Shown piece by piece: positions 24,201 through 37,299 of a stretch of DNA of 51,719 bases. Under the pieces are notes generated by a model. The model searched no databases and had not been told where the DNA came from. It saw only the letters and a program-made list of their open reading frames with translations. This stretch comes from Prorocentrum cordatum (lineage: Eukaryota). Numbering within the stretch: position 1 is the stretch's first letter; every line of letters starts with the position of its first letter. The DNA lies in NCBI GenBank assembly GCA_963575745.1, contig CAUYUJ010000015.1, forward strand, positions 620,001 through 671,719. The letters are read 5' to 3'. The position numbers and the translations under genes were made by a program.

Positions 24201-25349
24201 ACCAGGTGGGTCTTGGAGCTCGAGGTCAAGCACGCGACGTCCGGCTGCTGCGCTGCCTGCCGGCGTCTCGGAGCCAGCGATCACGTCGCCCGAGCACGTT
24301 GGCGACTTGAAGATTCCCGGGCGAAAGGAGCACGTCGACCGGCTAATCAGCCACGTAGAGCTTCTTCGGCAAAATGAAAGGTGATTCAGACGACTTCACC
24401 CTCTGCGGACTGCACCAGCACCAGAGCGCCGACGGGACCTTGACGCTCGACCACGGCGAGTACATCGACGCACGGATACCGATCAGACACGTCGACTTGG
24501 TCAAGGCCAAGGCTGACGAGCCGGCCGGAGGTCAGCTTCCCGACCTCTTTGTCTCCCTCCTGGGAGCAGCGGCCTACGCCCTGCTCACCTAACACCACGT
24601 CGCAGCGTACATCATCGCCCTGCCGAGAGCAAAGAACAAGCTGCTCATGCGACGCCCCACGCAGCTCAACTCAGTTGTTCTGGCGACATTGAAGACCAAG
24701 TCACGCATCACATTTCCATTAACGGAGTCCGCCTGGTGACTCAGCGCGCACAGCGACGGGTCTTTCGAGTGGGAGGAGGAGTCAGGATACGGCGTGATGA
24801 GAGCCGTATACACGCGTCTCGGCAAGTGCCGCCGCACCGGCAAAGGACGGCGTGAGCCGATCGCACAAGCTCGCGTGCCGATCCTCATTCGGCTCAGAGC
24901 TGCTTGCAGCATGTGGCGCAGCACACGGTCTGCAAGCACACCTCCTCACGCTGCACGAGACGACGCACGGCCCCGCCTCGGCCGAGGAGATCAGGAGGCC
25001 GAGGGGGGAAGGAGGCCACGCGGCCCCTGCCGACCTCGTCATAGGCGGCACGTCCGTCTTCAGCGCCCTGCTCACGGACCCAGTCCGGCCCCCGTCCGAG
25101 AACAGCATGGTTGGGCACTTGCGGTGGTTAGCCGACCAGCTGCGCACCATGCAGATCGATAACTTGCACTGGTGCGATACTCGAGACACGCGCGCCGACC
25201 CCATGACCACGGGCAGCATGGGCCGAGAGTTAATTATCAGCGCAATGTGCTGCCAGACTAGCCATGACCACACCACGGTCAAGTTCAGCGACGAGGAGCT
25301 GAAGAAGGCCCCCCCGAGCTCGCGGCATAGCCCACTCGCGCAGAAATAA
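21250..25349 (+). mobile_element. Decayed Ty1/copia LTR-retrotransposon pol (integrase-RT-RNase H)
   Basis: Integrase core: HARFVERRG (~21985-22010), GATPRNVVFGRQP (~22135-22175). RT: AAILEELTIWVKYNCF (~23650), DVEKANLQG (23944-23970), CIKPGTNCKDAPRAF (~24105-24150), HVDRL (24331, YVDD position), FTLCGL...LDHGEYI. RNase H: HSDGSF (24749), WCDTRDTRADPMT (~25170-25210). INT before RT is the copia order. LTRs not found. Confidence 0.88.
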
Positions 25350-27125
25350 GGACATCATTCTTACGACTGCGACCCGAGATCTCACGGAGGCGGAAAGCAG
25401 ATGTACTACATCGACGGGCGAGATCGATGAGTAGAGCATTCTAGTGAGCGGGCTCACCTAAACTGTGCCCGGGTAGACAGCAGACCTTCAGCAGGCTTTT
25501 TATAATCTCGCGTCCTGTCAGGTGGGGGGAGAGATTGGCCTGTTTTGGCTAGCCCCACGGACTCTGACGGGAGTACTTCCATCCCTTCCACTGGCGCCGT
25601 AAAATGTTTCTGTGGTTGGCGTCTTGGGGGGCCAATGTGTCCTGTGGGATGGAGTGACGGCCGTCAACCCAGGGACGCGTCGAACACAGGTGAACCTGTC
25701 CCCTTGCAGCTAGGCAACTTATTACGCAGGGGGCGGTTAGTAGAGCCCTCCTGTTGTGCTGAACTTTCTGCAGGCACGACGGACTTGTTCGAACACCAGA
25801 CTCGACTTGTAATTCCTTGTCCAGCGCCCTGTTTCTCACTTTTGCTGGCCCGCTGCACTGATGCGGCGCAATGCCTGATCATTGCACCGCGCCTGCCTTT
25901 GACATTTTGCCCTGGACCATCATACGCTGCATTCCTTTTACCGAAGACAACGTTTCTTTTCTTGCATCTAGTATTAGGTGGGAGTGCACACCGGCCCCAC
26001 TCTCCAGCTGTGGCAGTAATGTCTCTTGCGCAATGGGAACAAGGGTGAGAGAGGGCGAGGCCCGCTTGATCATCATCGTGCACCTCCCACTTCCTTCTTC
26101 TCTTCTTTCTCCTTCTCACATTCGTCTCCTCCTTTTCTCTCGGAGGAGAGCCCGTTGAGACAGCGGCGGTTCTCCCGCGTGGCCCGACTCCGCTCAAAAT
26201 ACGTCCCCAAACCGCTCCCGGGGCCCATCCTGGCCCGTCTCTCCAGGCGGTTCCAGCCGTGGCAGAGAGGAAAAACGCTTGGAAGGGAAAGGGGTGCCGC
26301 TGTCTCGACTAGCTCCCCTCCTACCGCCCCCCCCGTGTGGCGAGCATCTCCTGCCTCTGGAAGCGCCCAGATGTCTTCTCCTCGCCAACGGTCGCCCGGG
26401 GGGCGAGGGCGCCAGGTGCCGTTTGCCTGCTGGAGACAGTGTCTCGTGTCTCTGAAAAGGAGGAGGAGGAGGGAGGAGGAGGAGGAGGAGGAGGGAGGAG
26501 GAGGAGGAGGAGGAGGAAGTTGGCAGAGACGGAGCTGGTGGTGAGGTGGCCTGGGGGGAATTGTTCTGGAATGCCCGAGTCCCTACACGAGTTTTGCCGA
26601 AGTCAAATCCCGGAGGGGTGTTTTCTGGCGTGACGTTGAAGGCCCCGTTCAGGTGCAGAAGATGACCTAGCCTTGCGAACCCAGAACTCGATGAAAGCAG
26701 TGGGCCGCTGGCCGCCAGGGTATAAGACCTTGCCAGATAACCAAGCGTGTGCTCATTGATTTCGTTGAATTGTCTAGTCGTTTCCCTCGCCGTGCTTCGT
26801 TCGAGGAGCTCGCGGTGAATTCCCGAAGAGGAGGAGGAGGAGGAGGAGGAAGAGGAGGAGGAGGAGGAGGAGGAGATGCAGGATGGAGGAGGAGGAGAAG
26901 GAGGAGGAGGAGGACGAGCACGAGGACGAGGAGGAGGAGGCCTTCCTCATCTTGGCAGGACTCCGACCCCGGTCTCCTGGAGGACCAGTGGCAGCCGCGG
27001 ACCCCGTCACCCCCCCGCCCCTGGCGGCGGCACGCAGAGGAGCTCGGGGGCCAGAGCCTGTCTCGCATAGGGCGGTTGTTCTTTCTTGCGGCTTCGCCGT
27101 CCTCGTCGCGGGGTCGCGGATAGTG

Positions 27126-27331
27126 TTCAAACGACGCGAAGATCGGGACAAAATCGGATCGGGATAACTCGAAGTCTCTGTGAATCGGCGGGTTTGGAGG
27201 ATGTATTGGGCGCCGCGGCCGCTCCAGAGCGTTCCGGAACGCTCTGAGAGCGCTCCGGAACGCTCTGGAACGATTTATCCCGATCCTAGCCTTGTTTTAA
27301 ATGTTTTTTGTCCCCCCCGAATTGTCTTGAA
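27126..27331. mobile_element. MITE-like nested inverted-repeat structure
   Basis: GGGACAAAA (27145-27153) / TTTTGTCCC (27306-27314); GGATCGGGATAA (27156-27167) / TTATCCCGATCC (27275-27286); internal 22-bp perfect palindrome CAGAGCGTTCCGGAACGCTCTG (27225-27246). Confidence 0.5.
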
Positions 27332-27399
27332 GGTCAGTCGACCAGGGGTTTGCGAGCGGGCGGCAGGGCGCAGCCTCGCTCATTCATGGGTGGCCATTG

Positions 27400-27800
27400 G
27401 CGTCGGGACCGTCGGCGTAGAAGGCGCGCTTGAAAATGTGCCCGAGCACGTTCACGCCGTACTCCTTCGGCAAGACCCATCATCTCTATGGGTGTCCGCC
27501 TGGGGCGGCGACGTCTCAAAGGGCGGATCCCGTAGATGTCGTGCTCGTCGAAGCCGCGAATCGACGAGGGGCCGAAGATCCCCGGACTGTGCGATGTTTT
27601 CAGTCTGGGCGTTTCTCATCCCGTAGAGGACAGCAAGTAGTAGACACTCTCCTTCTCTTCCAAACTCAAAGTTGGCACGCCCGGAGAAGAATGCGGTCGA
27701 AGTGCAACTCGTCCAACCCACCACCAACATTGATGATTGGGGGGGGCATTGACAGATGATTGTGGCATGAGTGTTCGCGAATTGCTTCCAAGGCCCGTCT
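27400..27800 (-). pseudogene. Possible LINE ORF2 C-terminal zinc-knuckle remnant
   Basis: Minus frame RILLRACQL*VWKRRRVSTTCCPLRDEKRPD*KHRTV resembles a decayed W..R...C-P-x-C...H motif. Weak. Confidence 0.28.
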
Positions 27801-29159
27801 GTCTCGGTCCGCAGGCCCGTTGTGGGGCCCCGGGCAGTCAGAAGCGGATCCAGCATGACAAGCTGCCCCCGGGGAGGGGTCGGGATGGTTCGGGGCCACG
27901 GGCTGAGAAGAGAAAGCGCCTCGCTGGATGCCTGAGGTCGAAGGTCGAGGATCTAGGCTTCTATACCTTCGATTCGGGGGGAGTCCAAGGAGGAGCCACA
28001 GGACGGGCCAGCACCCGCCCTTAGAGGGAGGGCCGCGAGCTCTCTCTCCCAGCGATGCCGATGAACGTCGCAAGAACCGACCCCACCCAGAAGGCGCACG
28101 GCTGTAACTACAGTATGTCCGACCGGTTGGTGCGCCGTTGGAGCCCTACGCGCCGCCACGCTGGTCCCGGGCAGGCTGTGCTGCCCGGCGGAGGGGGGAA
28201 ATCAGGGGAGAAGCACGCAGACGACGACGAACGCGCAAACGTTTATACTCGGTGAGGCCTCTGGGCAAGTGCCCTCGTCGCCACGGGGTGCCCAAGGAAG
28301 CCTCCAAGGGACCGGAGGTGGGTAGTCGCGGGGTCTCGGATCCTGGCTGAACCAAAAGAGCTAGACGGGCGGCTACTCCTCGATTTCGGCTGCTCCGGTC
28401 GCCATGCTCGAGGCTCCAGAGCTGTCCAAGAACGAAATGGGGAAAAAGGGCCGTCCCCGGGGAAGGGATAAAGAGCCCTGGGGGACCACGTCACCTAAAA
28501 TATCGTGCGACGCTGCTCCTCCTTGTCCCTTTCCGTCCAATCCTCGTCGTTCTCCCCCTGAGGCCTCGTCTGTTTGGGCTTCCCGCCTAGGCGTGGGCGG
28601 CTGTCGTGGCACAGACACCTTTCGCAATGCTACTCTCCAGATCTTCGTGCGCACCTCGCACCACTGTATGGTTTTGCGGTGAATATGTTAAAGCATTCCA
28701 TGCCCGCAGTGTAGTTCACTTTGGTTCATCGGATGTGTCACTTCGTCCTTCACTTTTTCCTCCTATCCCCATTTGCTGGCGATCCTCGATTCGTCTTCCC
28801 TGTCGGGCTCTTTGCGGGACCAGGGCGTGTAGCTGTAGCATACAGCAGATGCGAGATGATGGATCGGCTGATGGAACAGATGAAAATCGTTTCTGGCCGT
28901 CTCTGCGCTAGAAGCAAGGCAAGCAGCGGTGACCAACAAAGAGCGAGTCTGGGTCCGATCCAAGACGTCAGTACGGGTTTCGGCCTCCTGGACTTTTCAC
29001 AGAGTTGCCTTGGATACCGGCCTTCAAATTCATGCGCAACGACTCGCATTGGAGCGGGAGGCGCGACTCTGGCGCTCGTGGTTGCCGCTGGCCCACCACC
29101 CCTGCACAGTGCCCCAAAGCAACAGCACGACGTCTCGCATGGTCACCCACTGCGGAAGG

Positions 29160-30720
29160 TCAGGGAAGAAGGAAGTGAGCGAAGGGGAGGAAGGGACGAT
29201 TAAAGGGAGAGAAGGGAGAAGAAAAGACGAGAAGGAGGGAGAAGGAACGGAAAGGTAACGGAAGGGAAGGGACGAGAAAATGGAGGGAAGGGAGGGAGGG
29301 AGGAGGAATGGACGAGCAAAGGGAGGAGGAGGAATGAAGAGAAGGGAGGGAAAACCATGACAGGGGAGAGAGGAAAGAGCAGCAGAACGAGGCGGGAGAG
29401 GAGCAGCCTGAGGGGGAACGAGAAAATGAGAGAGAGAGAGAAGAAAAGTAAGAGAGAGAGAGAGAGAGCGAAGAGGAAGAGGACGACGAAGAGGAAGATG
29501 AGAGAGGAGGTACTAACAGGAGGAGGAAGAGGGTGGAGGGTGGAGGAGAAGAATGAGGAGGGAGCAACAGGGAGAGCAGGAGAAAAAAGGGGGAGGAGGA
29601 GGAAGAGAGAAGAGGGAGGGAGGGGAGCAAGGGGGGCAGACGAGGGAGGAGGAACATGATGGAGAGGGGAAGATAGGGACGAAAGGAGGCAGGAGGATTT
29701 CTCTGTGCCCGTCTTGACATGTCCTACTCTACACGTGCAGCGCACCAGTTGGATCCCCCCAGGGGGCAACGGCCCCTCGCGGGCGGGGGGGGCTGCGTCA
29801 GCAACGACCTTGAAGCAACCAGCCCGAGCCTGAGGAGGAGGACGGAGGACAGAGAGAGAGAGAGAGGAGGAGGAGACGGAGGAGGAGGAGCCTGAGGAGG
29901 AGGAGGAGGAGGAGAAGAGGAGGAGGAGGAGAGGAGGAGGACGGAGGACGGAGGACAGAGAGAGAGGGAGTGAGAGGAGCTCCCACCCGAGCTCCAGACC
30001 TCGTGTGCGCGCCACCTCGCCTCACGGGTCTGGCGCCGACGGCCCGCGGACGGCACGCGATGAGGAGCAGCGGCAGGAGAGTGGGAGTGGAGAGGGGGCG
30101 GGAGGAGAAACGGAAGGCGAAGAGAAGATAGAGGAGGGAGAAAGGAGAAGGAAGAGGGAGGAGGGAGGGGAGGAGGAAGGAGGAGGAAGGAGGAGGAAGG
30201 AGGAGGAAGGAGGAGGGAGGAGGAGGGAGGAGGAGGAGCAGGAAGGAGGAGAACGGGACAAGGAGGAGGAGGAGGAGGACGATGACGACGACGACGACAA
30301 CGACGAGGATGAAAGGGGATGAGAGACAAGGTGGTAACGACGATGAAGGATGGAGAACGGAGGCGGAGGGGGGAAGGAGGAGAACACGCGAGGAGGAAGA
30401 TGGAGGAGAGTGAGAGAGGAAAGGAGGGGGGAGGAGGAGGAGGCGGAGGCGGATGCGGAGGACAGAGGAGGAGAAGACGGAGAAGTAGGAAGAAGAGAAG
30501 GAGGAGGTGAAGAAGGAGGAGGAGGGATGGGAGGAGGAGAAGGAGAAGGAGGATTCGAGGATGTAGGGAGGGAGGGCGGGAGGGGGATGTTTGGGGGACT
30601 TGGGCGTTCGCCACAGCAGAGTTTGCCCGGCCGACGCCTTAGCATGCAGATGACAAGAGCGTCAATACGTGAGAGATGACGGGGAAAGGGAGGAGGGGGG
30701 GGAGGAGAGGGCAGGGTTGA
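29160..30720. repeat. Polypurine (GGA/GAA/GA) low-complexity region
   Basis: Plus strand is almost entirely A/G over most of ~1.5 kb. Confidence 0.9.
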
Positions 30721-32252
30721 CATCTCCGAAGTCTTCAGAGATTCCCGAACGTCCCAGGAGGTCTTTGGGGTCTCCAGAGGTCCTGGAGGCCTCCCGAAGT
30801 CTCACACGCCTTTGGGAAGTGGGGAGGGACAGGATGAAGAAGGAGGAGTCGGAAGGGGAGCGGAGGAGAAGGAGGAGGAGGAGGAGGAGGAAGAAGAAGA
30901 AGAAGAGGAGGCGCGTGAGCGTGAGCTGGAGCTGGAGCTTCCCCCACCCTCGCACGACGCGCCAGGAGCGCTCGGCGGCGGCGTCGGCGAAGCTAGCGGG
31001 CACTAGGTGTGCGCCCGGGGCCGACGGCCGCAGCGGAAAGAGCGCCTCGATCCCTGGGGCCCCGTCGTCACGGGTGTCGTCCTCGTCGGCGATCGGGGGT
31101 CGAGGTTCCAGAGCCGACGTTCTTACATGCCGTGGGGCTCTTTGGGCGGCCTCTCGGGGCACACGTCGTGGGCACGGCCAGATTCGCCTCGAAGCGCTGG
31201 CCGAGCGCGCCCCAGGAAGCGTCTGGAGTTCGTCGTCGCCGCCGCTTGTGATGCCGCTGTCCTTGTCGTCGTCGTCGTTCTAGCCGTCGCTCTCCACTTC
31301 CGCGTCGTCGTCATCTCCCTCTTCGTCGGCGGACTCGAGCTCGCCAGAATGCCCACATAGGGGTCAACAGCCTCTTCGTCTGATTATCAGCAGCATCATC
31401 ATCACCACCCGATTCCTCGCCTCCATTCTTGCATTCCTTCGTCCCCTGCCTGCCTCCTCGTCCTCCGCTTTTTCCCCTGCTCGCACCGCATCCGCGCCTA
31501 CGGACTGCTCGCCGCGCGCGGTGGCAGCGCCGACTGGCGGGGTCGGCGCAGGCGGCGCGCAAGGGACCCGCGAGCCATCCTTTCCTGTTACTTCTAGACA
31601 GGTCCTCCCTGTCGCACCCCGAGGCGGTAGGGCGGGCCGGGCGTTCCGCTTGCGACTTCCTCACCGCTCACGATTCTGAGCTGAAGACTTGCACCAGTTT
31701 CACGCATGGCGGGCGGGCTGTTTTCACAAGGCGGCTCTTGCATTAGCGCCGTGCACACGCGTTTTAAACAGTTCTTAGAACTTAAAGGATGGAGGGCGGG
31801 TGGTTTTCAAAACGTGGCTCTCGCCCTAGCGCCGCGCGCATTCGCTTGAAAGGTTCGCAAGATCTTCAAGGATGGATTTCTGGCTGTTTTCAACATGCTG
31901 CTTTCGCGCAGCGCCGCGCACACTCGTCTTTTAACAAGCAGACCTTCACGGATGGGGGGCGGTTTACAAAACAACAAAAAAAGCAAAGCAACCTAACAGC
32001 GATGTGTATAAGCATATCTGGAAGCATTCCCCTTAAGATTCAGGTGAGAATCCAGTTGTAGAATTCTGCTGCTCTCGCAGTCGCAGCCGCATTCGCAATG
32101 ACAGTCGCAGTGGCAACCAACGGCCTTAGGATCCAATGGAATCCAAAGGATTCCTATGGATTCCTAACGCATCCTGAGGCATCCTTAGGAATCCATAGGA
32201 ATACATAATAATATTAAGGATTCCTGGGGAATCCTAAAGATTCGAAGGATTC

Positions 32253-33323
32253 GCCTGCCTCGGCCTCAGCCTCAGCCTGCCTCAGCCTCAGCCTGCCTCA
32301 GCCTCAGCCTCAGCCTCAGCCTGTCTCAGCCTCAGCCTGCCTCGGCATCAGCCTCAGCCTCAGCCTCAGCCTGCCTCGGCTTGCCTCGGCCTCAGCCTCA
32401 GCCTGCCTCAGCCTCAGCCTCAGCCTGCTTCAGCCTCAGCCTCAGCCTGCCTCAGCCTCAGCCTGCATCAGCCTCAGCCTCACCCTACCTCAGCCGCAGC
32501 TTGCCTCAGCCTCAGCCACAGCCTCAGCCTCAGCCTCAGCCTGCCTCAGCTTCAGCCTCAGCCTCACCTGCCTCGGCTTGCCTCAGCCTCAGCCTCAGCC
32601 TCAGCCTCAGCCTCAGCCTCAGCCTCAGCCTCAGCCTCAGCCTCAGCCTCAGCCTGCCTCGGCTTGCCTCAGCCTGCCTCAGCCTCAGCCTGCATCAGCC
32701 TCAGCCTCAGCCTGCCTCAGCCGCAGCTTGCCTCAGCCTCAGCCTCAGCCTCAGCCTGCCTCAGCCTCAGCCTCAGCCTGCCTCGGCTTGCCTCAGCCTC
32801 AGCCTCAGCCTGCCTCGGCCTCAGCCTCAGCCTCAGCCTGCCTCAGCCTCAGCCTCAGCCTCTCAGCCTCAGCCTGCCTCAGCCTCAGCCTCAGCCAGCC
32901 TGCCTCAGCCTCAGCCTGCCTCAGCCTCAGCCTCAGCCTGCCTCAGCCTCAGCCTGCCTCAGCCTCAGCCTCAGCCTGCAGCCTCAGCCTGCCCTCAGCC
33001 TCAGCCTCAGCCCTCAGCCTCAGCCTCAGCCTCCCTCAGCCTCAGCCTCAGCCTGCCTCAGCCTCAGCCTGCCTCAGCCTCAGCCTCAGCCTCCTCAGCC
33101 TCAGCCTCAGCCTGCCTCAGCCTCAGCCTCAGCCTCAGTCTCAGCTTGCCTCAGCCTCAGCCTCAACTTCAGCCTGCCTCGGCTTCAGCTTGCGTCAGCC
33201 TCAGCCTCAGCCTGCCTCAGCCTCAGCATGCCTCAGCCTCAGCCTCAGCCTGCCTAGGCGTGCCTCAGCCTCAGCCTCAGCCTGCCTCGGCCTCAGCTTG
33301 CCTCGGCCTCAGCCTGCCTCAGC
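32253..33323. repeat. Compound (CCTCAG)n/(CCTG) microsatellite, ~1.07 kb
   Basis: Direct inspection. Confidence 0.95.
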
Positions 33324-33325
33324 TC

Positions 33326-34095
33326 GGGCATTCAAAATGTGGCCTGGGAATGGTGTTCTGGGAACAAGAGAATCACGAAGTGGCCCACAGGTGGCTCCGG
33401 GCAATCCAAATATGGTACAGGAATGGTGTTCTGGGAACACGAAGAACACGAAGTGGCTTACAGTTGGCTCCGGGCATTTAAAATGTGGCCTGGGAATGGT
33501 GTTTTGGGAACACGAAGAACACGAAGTGGCTTACAGTTGGTTCCGGGCACTCAAAATGTGGCCTGGGAATTTTGTTATGGGAAGACGAAGAACACGAAGT
33601 GGCTAACAGTTTGTTCCGGGCATTCAAAATGTGGCCTGGGAATGGTGTTCTGGGAACAAGAAAATCACGAAGTGGCTTACAGCTGGTTCCGGGCATTCAG
33701 AATGTGGCCTGGGAATGGTGTTCTGGGAACACGAAGAACACGAAGTGGCCTACAGTTGGCTCCGGGCATCCAAAATGTGGCCTGGGAATGGTGTTCTGGG
33801 AACACGAAGAACACGAAGTGGTTTACAGTTGGCTCCGGGCATTCAAAATGTGGCCTGGGGGTAGCTCCTGGGACGACGAAGAGCACGAAGTGGCTTACAG
33901 TTGGCTCCGAGCATTCAAAATGTGGCCTGGGAATGGTGTTCTGGGAACGCGAAGAACACGAAGTGGCTTACAGCTGGTTCCGGGCATTCAAAATGTGGCC
34001 TGGGAATGGTGTTCTGGGAACACGAAGAACACGAAGTGGCTTACAGTTGGTTCCGGGCATTCAAAATGTGGCCTGGGAGTGGTGTTCTGGGAATG
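33326..34095 (+). repeat. 73-bp tandem array, ~10.5 homogeneous copies
   Basis: Unit GGGCATTCAAAATGTGGCCTGGGAATGGTGTTCTGGGAACACGAAGAACACGAAGTGGCTTACAGTTGGCTCC starts at 33326, 33399, 33472 and onward. Confidence 0.95.
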
Positions 34096-37000
34096 GATTC
34101 CTAAGGATTTCTACAAATTCATCCGGATTCCTGAGGATTCCTGGGGCTGCACTTTTGTCCGGATCTGTCCGGATCCCGCCCAGACCCCCTTGGGGCGTCA
34201 AGATGCTTTCTTTTGAGTCCACTAGAAACCTACCAGCAAAAGTTGTTAGGTAACCAAAAAAAACGATCCCGCACTGGGCACACTCGCTTTAAAAGTGTAC
34301 AAGATTTCACGGATGGAGGGCGGGTGGTTTTCAAAATGTGGTTTTCGTTCGAGCGCCGCGCGCACTCGTCTCTAAGAATCCACATCAGCTTCAGGGATTG
34401 TTACAGTTGGCGTCCCAGGGGGAATGTTCTGGCACGACTGTCAGGGCGCAACAGTTGCGTTGATTCGCGGCGTTGCAATCCCAGGGAATGTGTTCCAGTA
34501 CGGTTCAGGATTTGCAAGTGGTTGTTTTCCAACGGGGCATTCCTTTTAGTGACAGTGAATTGTTGTAGGGACCTATGACGAGGAAATGTGGAGGAAGTTT
34601 TATTGCAACAGCTTTGATGAGTCTTGAGTTTACACGGGTCTTCCTCCTTCTCCTCTTTGTCTTCCTCGCCCACCTTTCCAATCATTTACAGTTTCCTTTT
34701 TCTAAATCCCATTACTCGTCGCCAGTACACTTGCATTTCGCCCTTTTGGCAACATCTAATATTTGGCCCGCGCCTCCAGCGCAAGGCTGCTGACATTCAG
34801 GGCATCAAAAAGGTGATTCGTCGTGCGTGCTATTCCCAATTGGAACGTTTTCGGCCATTCCGATGGGAAGTCTCTCTTCAGCGTTTGCCACGGAAATGCC
34901 CTTCCACAACTGCTCGCTAAAAAGTGCTACGTCCTTGGACCGCTTCACAACGTGAATAATGACACGTTGCATGTGCAGTTCCCGTTTGGAACGTATTCGG
35001 CTGGTCCGACTGGATATATCGTTCTGGCGGTTGCCAGGCTATCGACACCATTTACAATTACAAGATATGAATATGATCCCCCCTTTCTCTCCACTGATAC
35101 AGTCTTGTGCGGGCCCCCCCGCCCGCATGTTGTCTTCCCCAAAGACTTTACAAGTTGGTGTTGTGTCACTCTGGCCGTCTTATGTTTGTCAAAAACGATG
35201 TTTCCGCAGCGGTTGTGGCAGCGTTTCAGAATTGGTGCTCGGCTCCCGAAGGTCTGTGTGCTCGCGCCCCCCAGCGCGGACCAAATTTCTGGATACGAGG
35301 CGTTTTTCGTTGTTGCCGTCGCCCTCCTTGTCATCCTTCGTGTATCTTCGGTCCTCCTGATCCTGCTGCTCCTCCTTTCCTCCGTCTTCCGCATGATCCT
35401 GATCATCCGCCCTTCCTTGTCCAGCGCACTAAGTCCCACTTTATGATTGCGTAATATGAGAAGCCCACGCCTTCGGACATAGAAGAGTTCAGTACAATGA
35501 GAAGGGGGGCGTGAGACGGGTAGAAAGTCAGATCTGGCGCGCGTGCGCCTTTCTTAGCAAGTACACTCTCTTCTCTTCTCTCGTCCAAGAGTTGGCCCGC
35601 GCCTCCATCGTGTGGTTTTCGTTGCATACGGTTGTTCACATGTGTCATTTCTGTGAGATGTCGTGCGCGCGTTTTCCACGGAAACGATTTCGGCCGGTCC
35701 CAATAGCGAATTCGATTTGGCGTTTGCCGCAATGTTGCCCGTGTGCAGGCAGACAGTAAGAATTCCAACGCCCTCTCTCAACTGTCGACATCCAATATCT
35801 GGTCCAGTCTCTTGCGAATTGCTTGTTCCATTCTGGAATTCGAGCGATTACACGTCGCGTGTTTTTGTCCAGTCGGAAAGTATTCGGTCGCTCCGATATT
35901 ATACCGCCCTCGCCGTAGTGCCAGCCACTCTGGCCCTTTGCTCTTCTTCGTCATCCGCCATAGTCGTCATCCTGCGCCTGCTTCACTCTCCAATTTCACG
36001 CTTCCCCGGCTGCACGCCTCCAGAGACGAGCTCAGGGGTTCAGGCTTGCTACATCGAGTTCCGCTTTCGTGCGGGAGAAAATCAGCTCTTCTGGAGGGCT
36101 GTGGGAGTCGGCTGGGTTTCCTGGGGGTCTCCAGGAGTCCCTGGAGATCTTCGAGGGTTTCCAGAAGCCTCTAGAGGTCCGAAGAGGGCCAAAGCTGACC
36201 AGAAAGTTCGATCCTCGAACCTCGATGCTCCTCCTTCTATCCTTTCCCCACCCGGCTGCCCAGCGCGCGCGCAGACCAGCGACGAGAACGTCAGCACCCA
36301 CTTCCATCCGTATCTTTTTTGCGTTTCCCCCTCGTTTTTCTTGTCCCTCCATTCCCATCCGAAAAGAATGGAACCAGGAGTGATTCCAGAAGCTACTCCA
36401 AACATGCTTGCTGTCTGTTGGATCGATTACCAAGCTTTCCACGGAGTTACTCCAGAGGAAATATACCCCAGAGAGATATTCGGGCCGGCTTCCTCCTAAA
36501 TGTTTCTCCAGGATTTATCCGGGGTAAGGTTGGTACCAGTTCCGCTTCGTCTATATCAGTTCAATTATAATAATGGTGTTATTATTCGTAATGGTAATAG
36601 TAATAAGAATAATAATATTGATAGAATAACAACAATAAAAAATGATACGAATGATAATAATGCAGCGCTCCGGGGAGCGCCCGCATCCTCCGCAACCCGC
36701 AGTATAATCCTAGAGGTAATATGGCAACTTGTTCTTGTTTTCGGAGGCCTCCCCGCAGCTTGGAAGCGCTTCTTGGAGGCATCTCGGACGCATCTTGTGC
36801 CATTCCGCAGAGGCTCTTCGAGCCACAACTGCCCGCGCATCAACTCTGGACTAGATTCACCCCGCCGCGGGCGCTGGGGCGGCAAACCACAGAAACAGAA
36901 GAAGGACACGAAGCGGCGCGCACCCTCGAGCCCTCCCACCCACGGCTTCATTTCGAAGTGAATTCGCCCCGCCGCGGGCGCCAAGGCGGAGTGAAAATAA

Positions 37001-37299
37001 ACCGAGAAGGGACCGAAAACGGAAAGGATTGCAAAAACCGAAGGAAGAACGGGGCCGAAAACAAAAGGCGCGCGCGCGACGACATGCGCGCGCGTATGTC
37101 GCCCCTTTCATGTGCAAGGGATTTGTTTAATATGATGGCCGTTGATAAACAAGGGCGCGTCCGTGGTATTTTCGGCAGCAGATGGCGGAGGGGTCGATAC
37201 CAGTTGGGCCGAGAGTTCATATCTACGGTAGACGATGGGGCAGACCCATGTGCACATTGCAATACAAACAGGCGGGCGGGTAATCCCGGGGCCGGGGGG

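Noticed and set aside
33326..34095. CRISPR array or repeat-protein gene (ORFs 33339-34253, 33485-34216)
   Set aside because: Whole 73-bp units are repeated with no unique spacers. A unit length not divisible by 3 gives rotating-frame pseudo-ORFs.
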